Below are positions 63,462 to 64,000 of a stretch of DNA of 64,000 nt, in pieces. The DNA comes from Eledone cirrhosa (Eukaryota). Where the stretch lies: contig OZ024743.1 in the NCBI GenBank assembly GCA_964016885.1, positions 338,458,001-338,522,000 of the forward strand, in the 5' to 3' direction. Below the pieces are notes generated by a model that worked only from the letters and a program-made list of their open reading frames with translations, was not told the DNA's origin and made no database searches. Positions within the stretch are counted from its first letter, which is position 1, and the number at the start of each line of letters is the position of its first letter. Made by a program: the position numbers and the translations under genes.

Positions 63462-64000
63462 TGTCAGGTCACCAGTTGGTGCTACTGGTAACATGTATCC
63501 AAGTACAACCTGTCTCATGGTTGGGTCGTTGGCGACTAAACTGGCAACCCCACCAAGGTTTCTTGGTGAGGAGGGTGACTTTGGACATCCTGCAGGACTA
63601 AAAACAAAACCCGTCAAAGGGCAAAGGAGCTCTTAAGAGTCAATGGACATCCAAAATCACCGGGAGAGATGACCCCTTAGCCTTTGTCAAGGCAGAATTC
63701 TAGGAGAAGGGAAACTCTGTTATAACACCTGCAACCTTGATGGTATCCAATGATGTTGACTTGTTCTTCTTTTTGGTAAATATCATCTTGGTTAAGAGAG
63801 TGGGACTGGCTTTGTGCAGTGCATTTGCTCACTATAAAAGCTTCACAACACAGGCATTGCTTTATATCTGGAGATCTCTCTGCACTTGTCCTCACATGGT
63901 ACCATGGGCCCAGCACTATGTGTCAATAATTGTCACAAGTGTAGTGTTTGTACCAGAGTTTTCAAGTCGCTGGCTGGACTAAAAAGCCACACTCGTTCAG
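63462..64000 (+). mobile_element. Bipartite RTE-like element: 5' leader fused to ORF C-terminal zinc finger (runs off window)
   Basis: Same leader, then HKCSVCTRVFKSLAGLKSHTRS encoded at ~63934-63999, resembling the C-terminal C2H2 finger of RTE ORFs. The RT and endonuclease are absent. Confidence 0.8.

Noticed and set aside
63934-64000. Host C2H2 zinc-finger gene exon
   Set aside because: A single finger directly attached to the RTE-like leader, resembling an RTE ORF C-terminus, with no TGEKP linker visible. It is truncated by the window edge, so not fully excluded.

Overview
Eukaryotic, gene-poor, repeat-dominated animal DNA. It is most likely a coleoid cephalopod such as Octopus, inferred from the SINE families and the extreme microsatellite load, not confirmed by a search. 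Bases 1-26507 are the end of a 46-bp satellite array with a recurrent 28-bp deletion monomer and kb-scale block duplications. The rest is a mosaic of tRNA-derived SINEs, mariner-type MITEs and microsatellites. It also holds a decayed Penelope-like (GIY-YIG) element, several hammerhead-ribozyme motifs, three long inverted repeats and a 45-bp minisatellite built from a SINE A-box head. Four co-oriented Tx1-clade LINE pieces are stacked in a (GATA)n tract, bipartite RTE derivatives are chained through (TATG)n tails, and there is a retroposed, mutated U2 snRNA copy. No intact protein-coding gene is evident. One or two small candidate exons near 50.2-51.8 kb are unproven. Most ORF-track entries are microsatellite translations or pieces of broken LINE ORFs. 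All structures were derived by eye, with no database searches or folding software.
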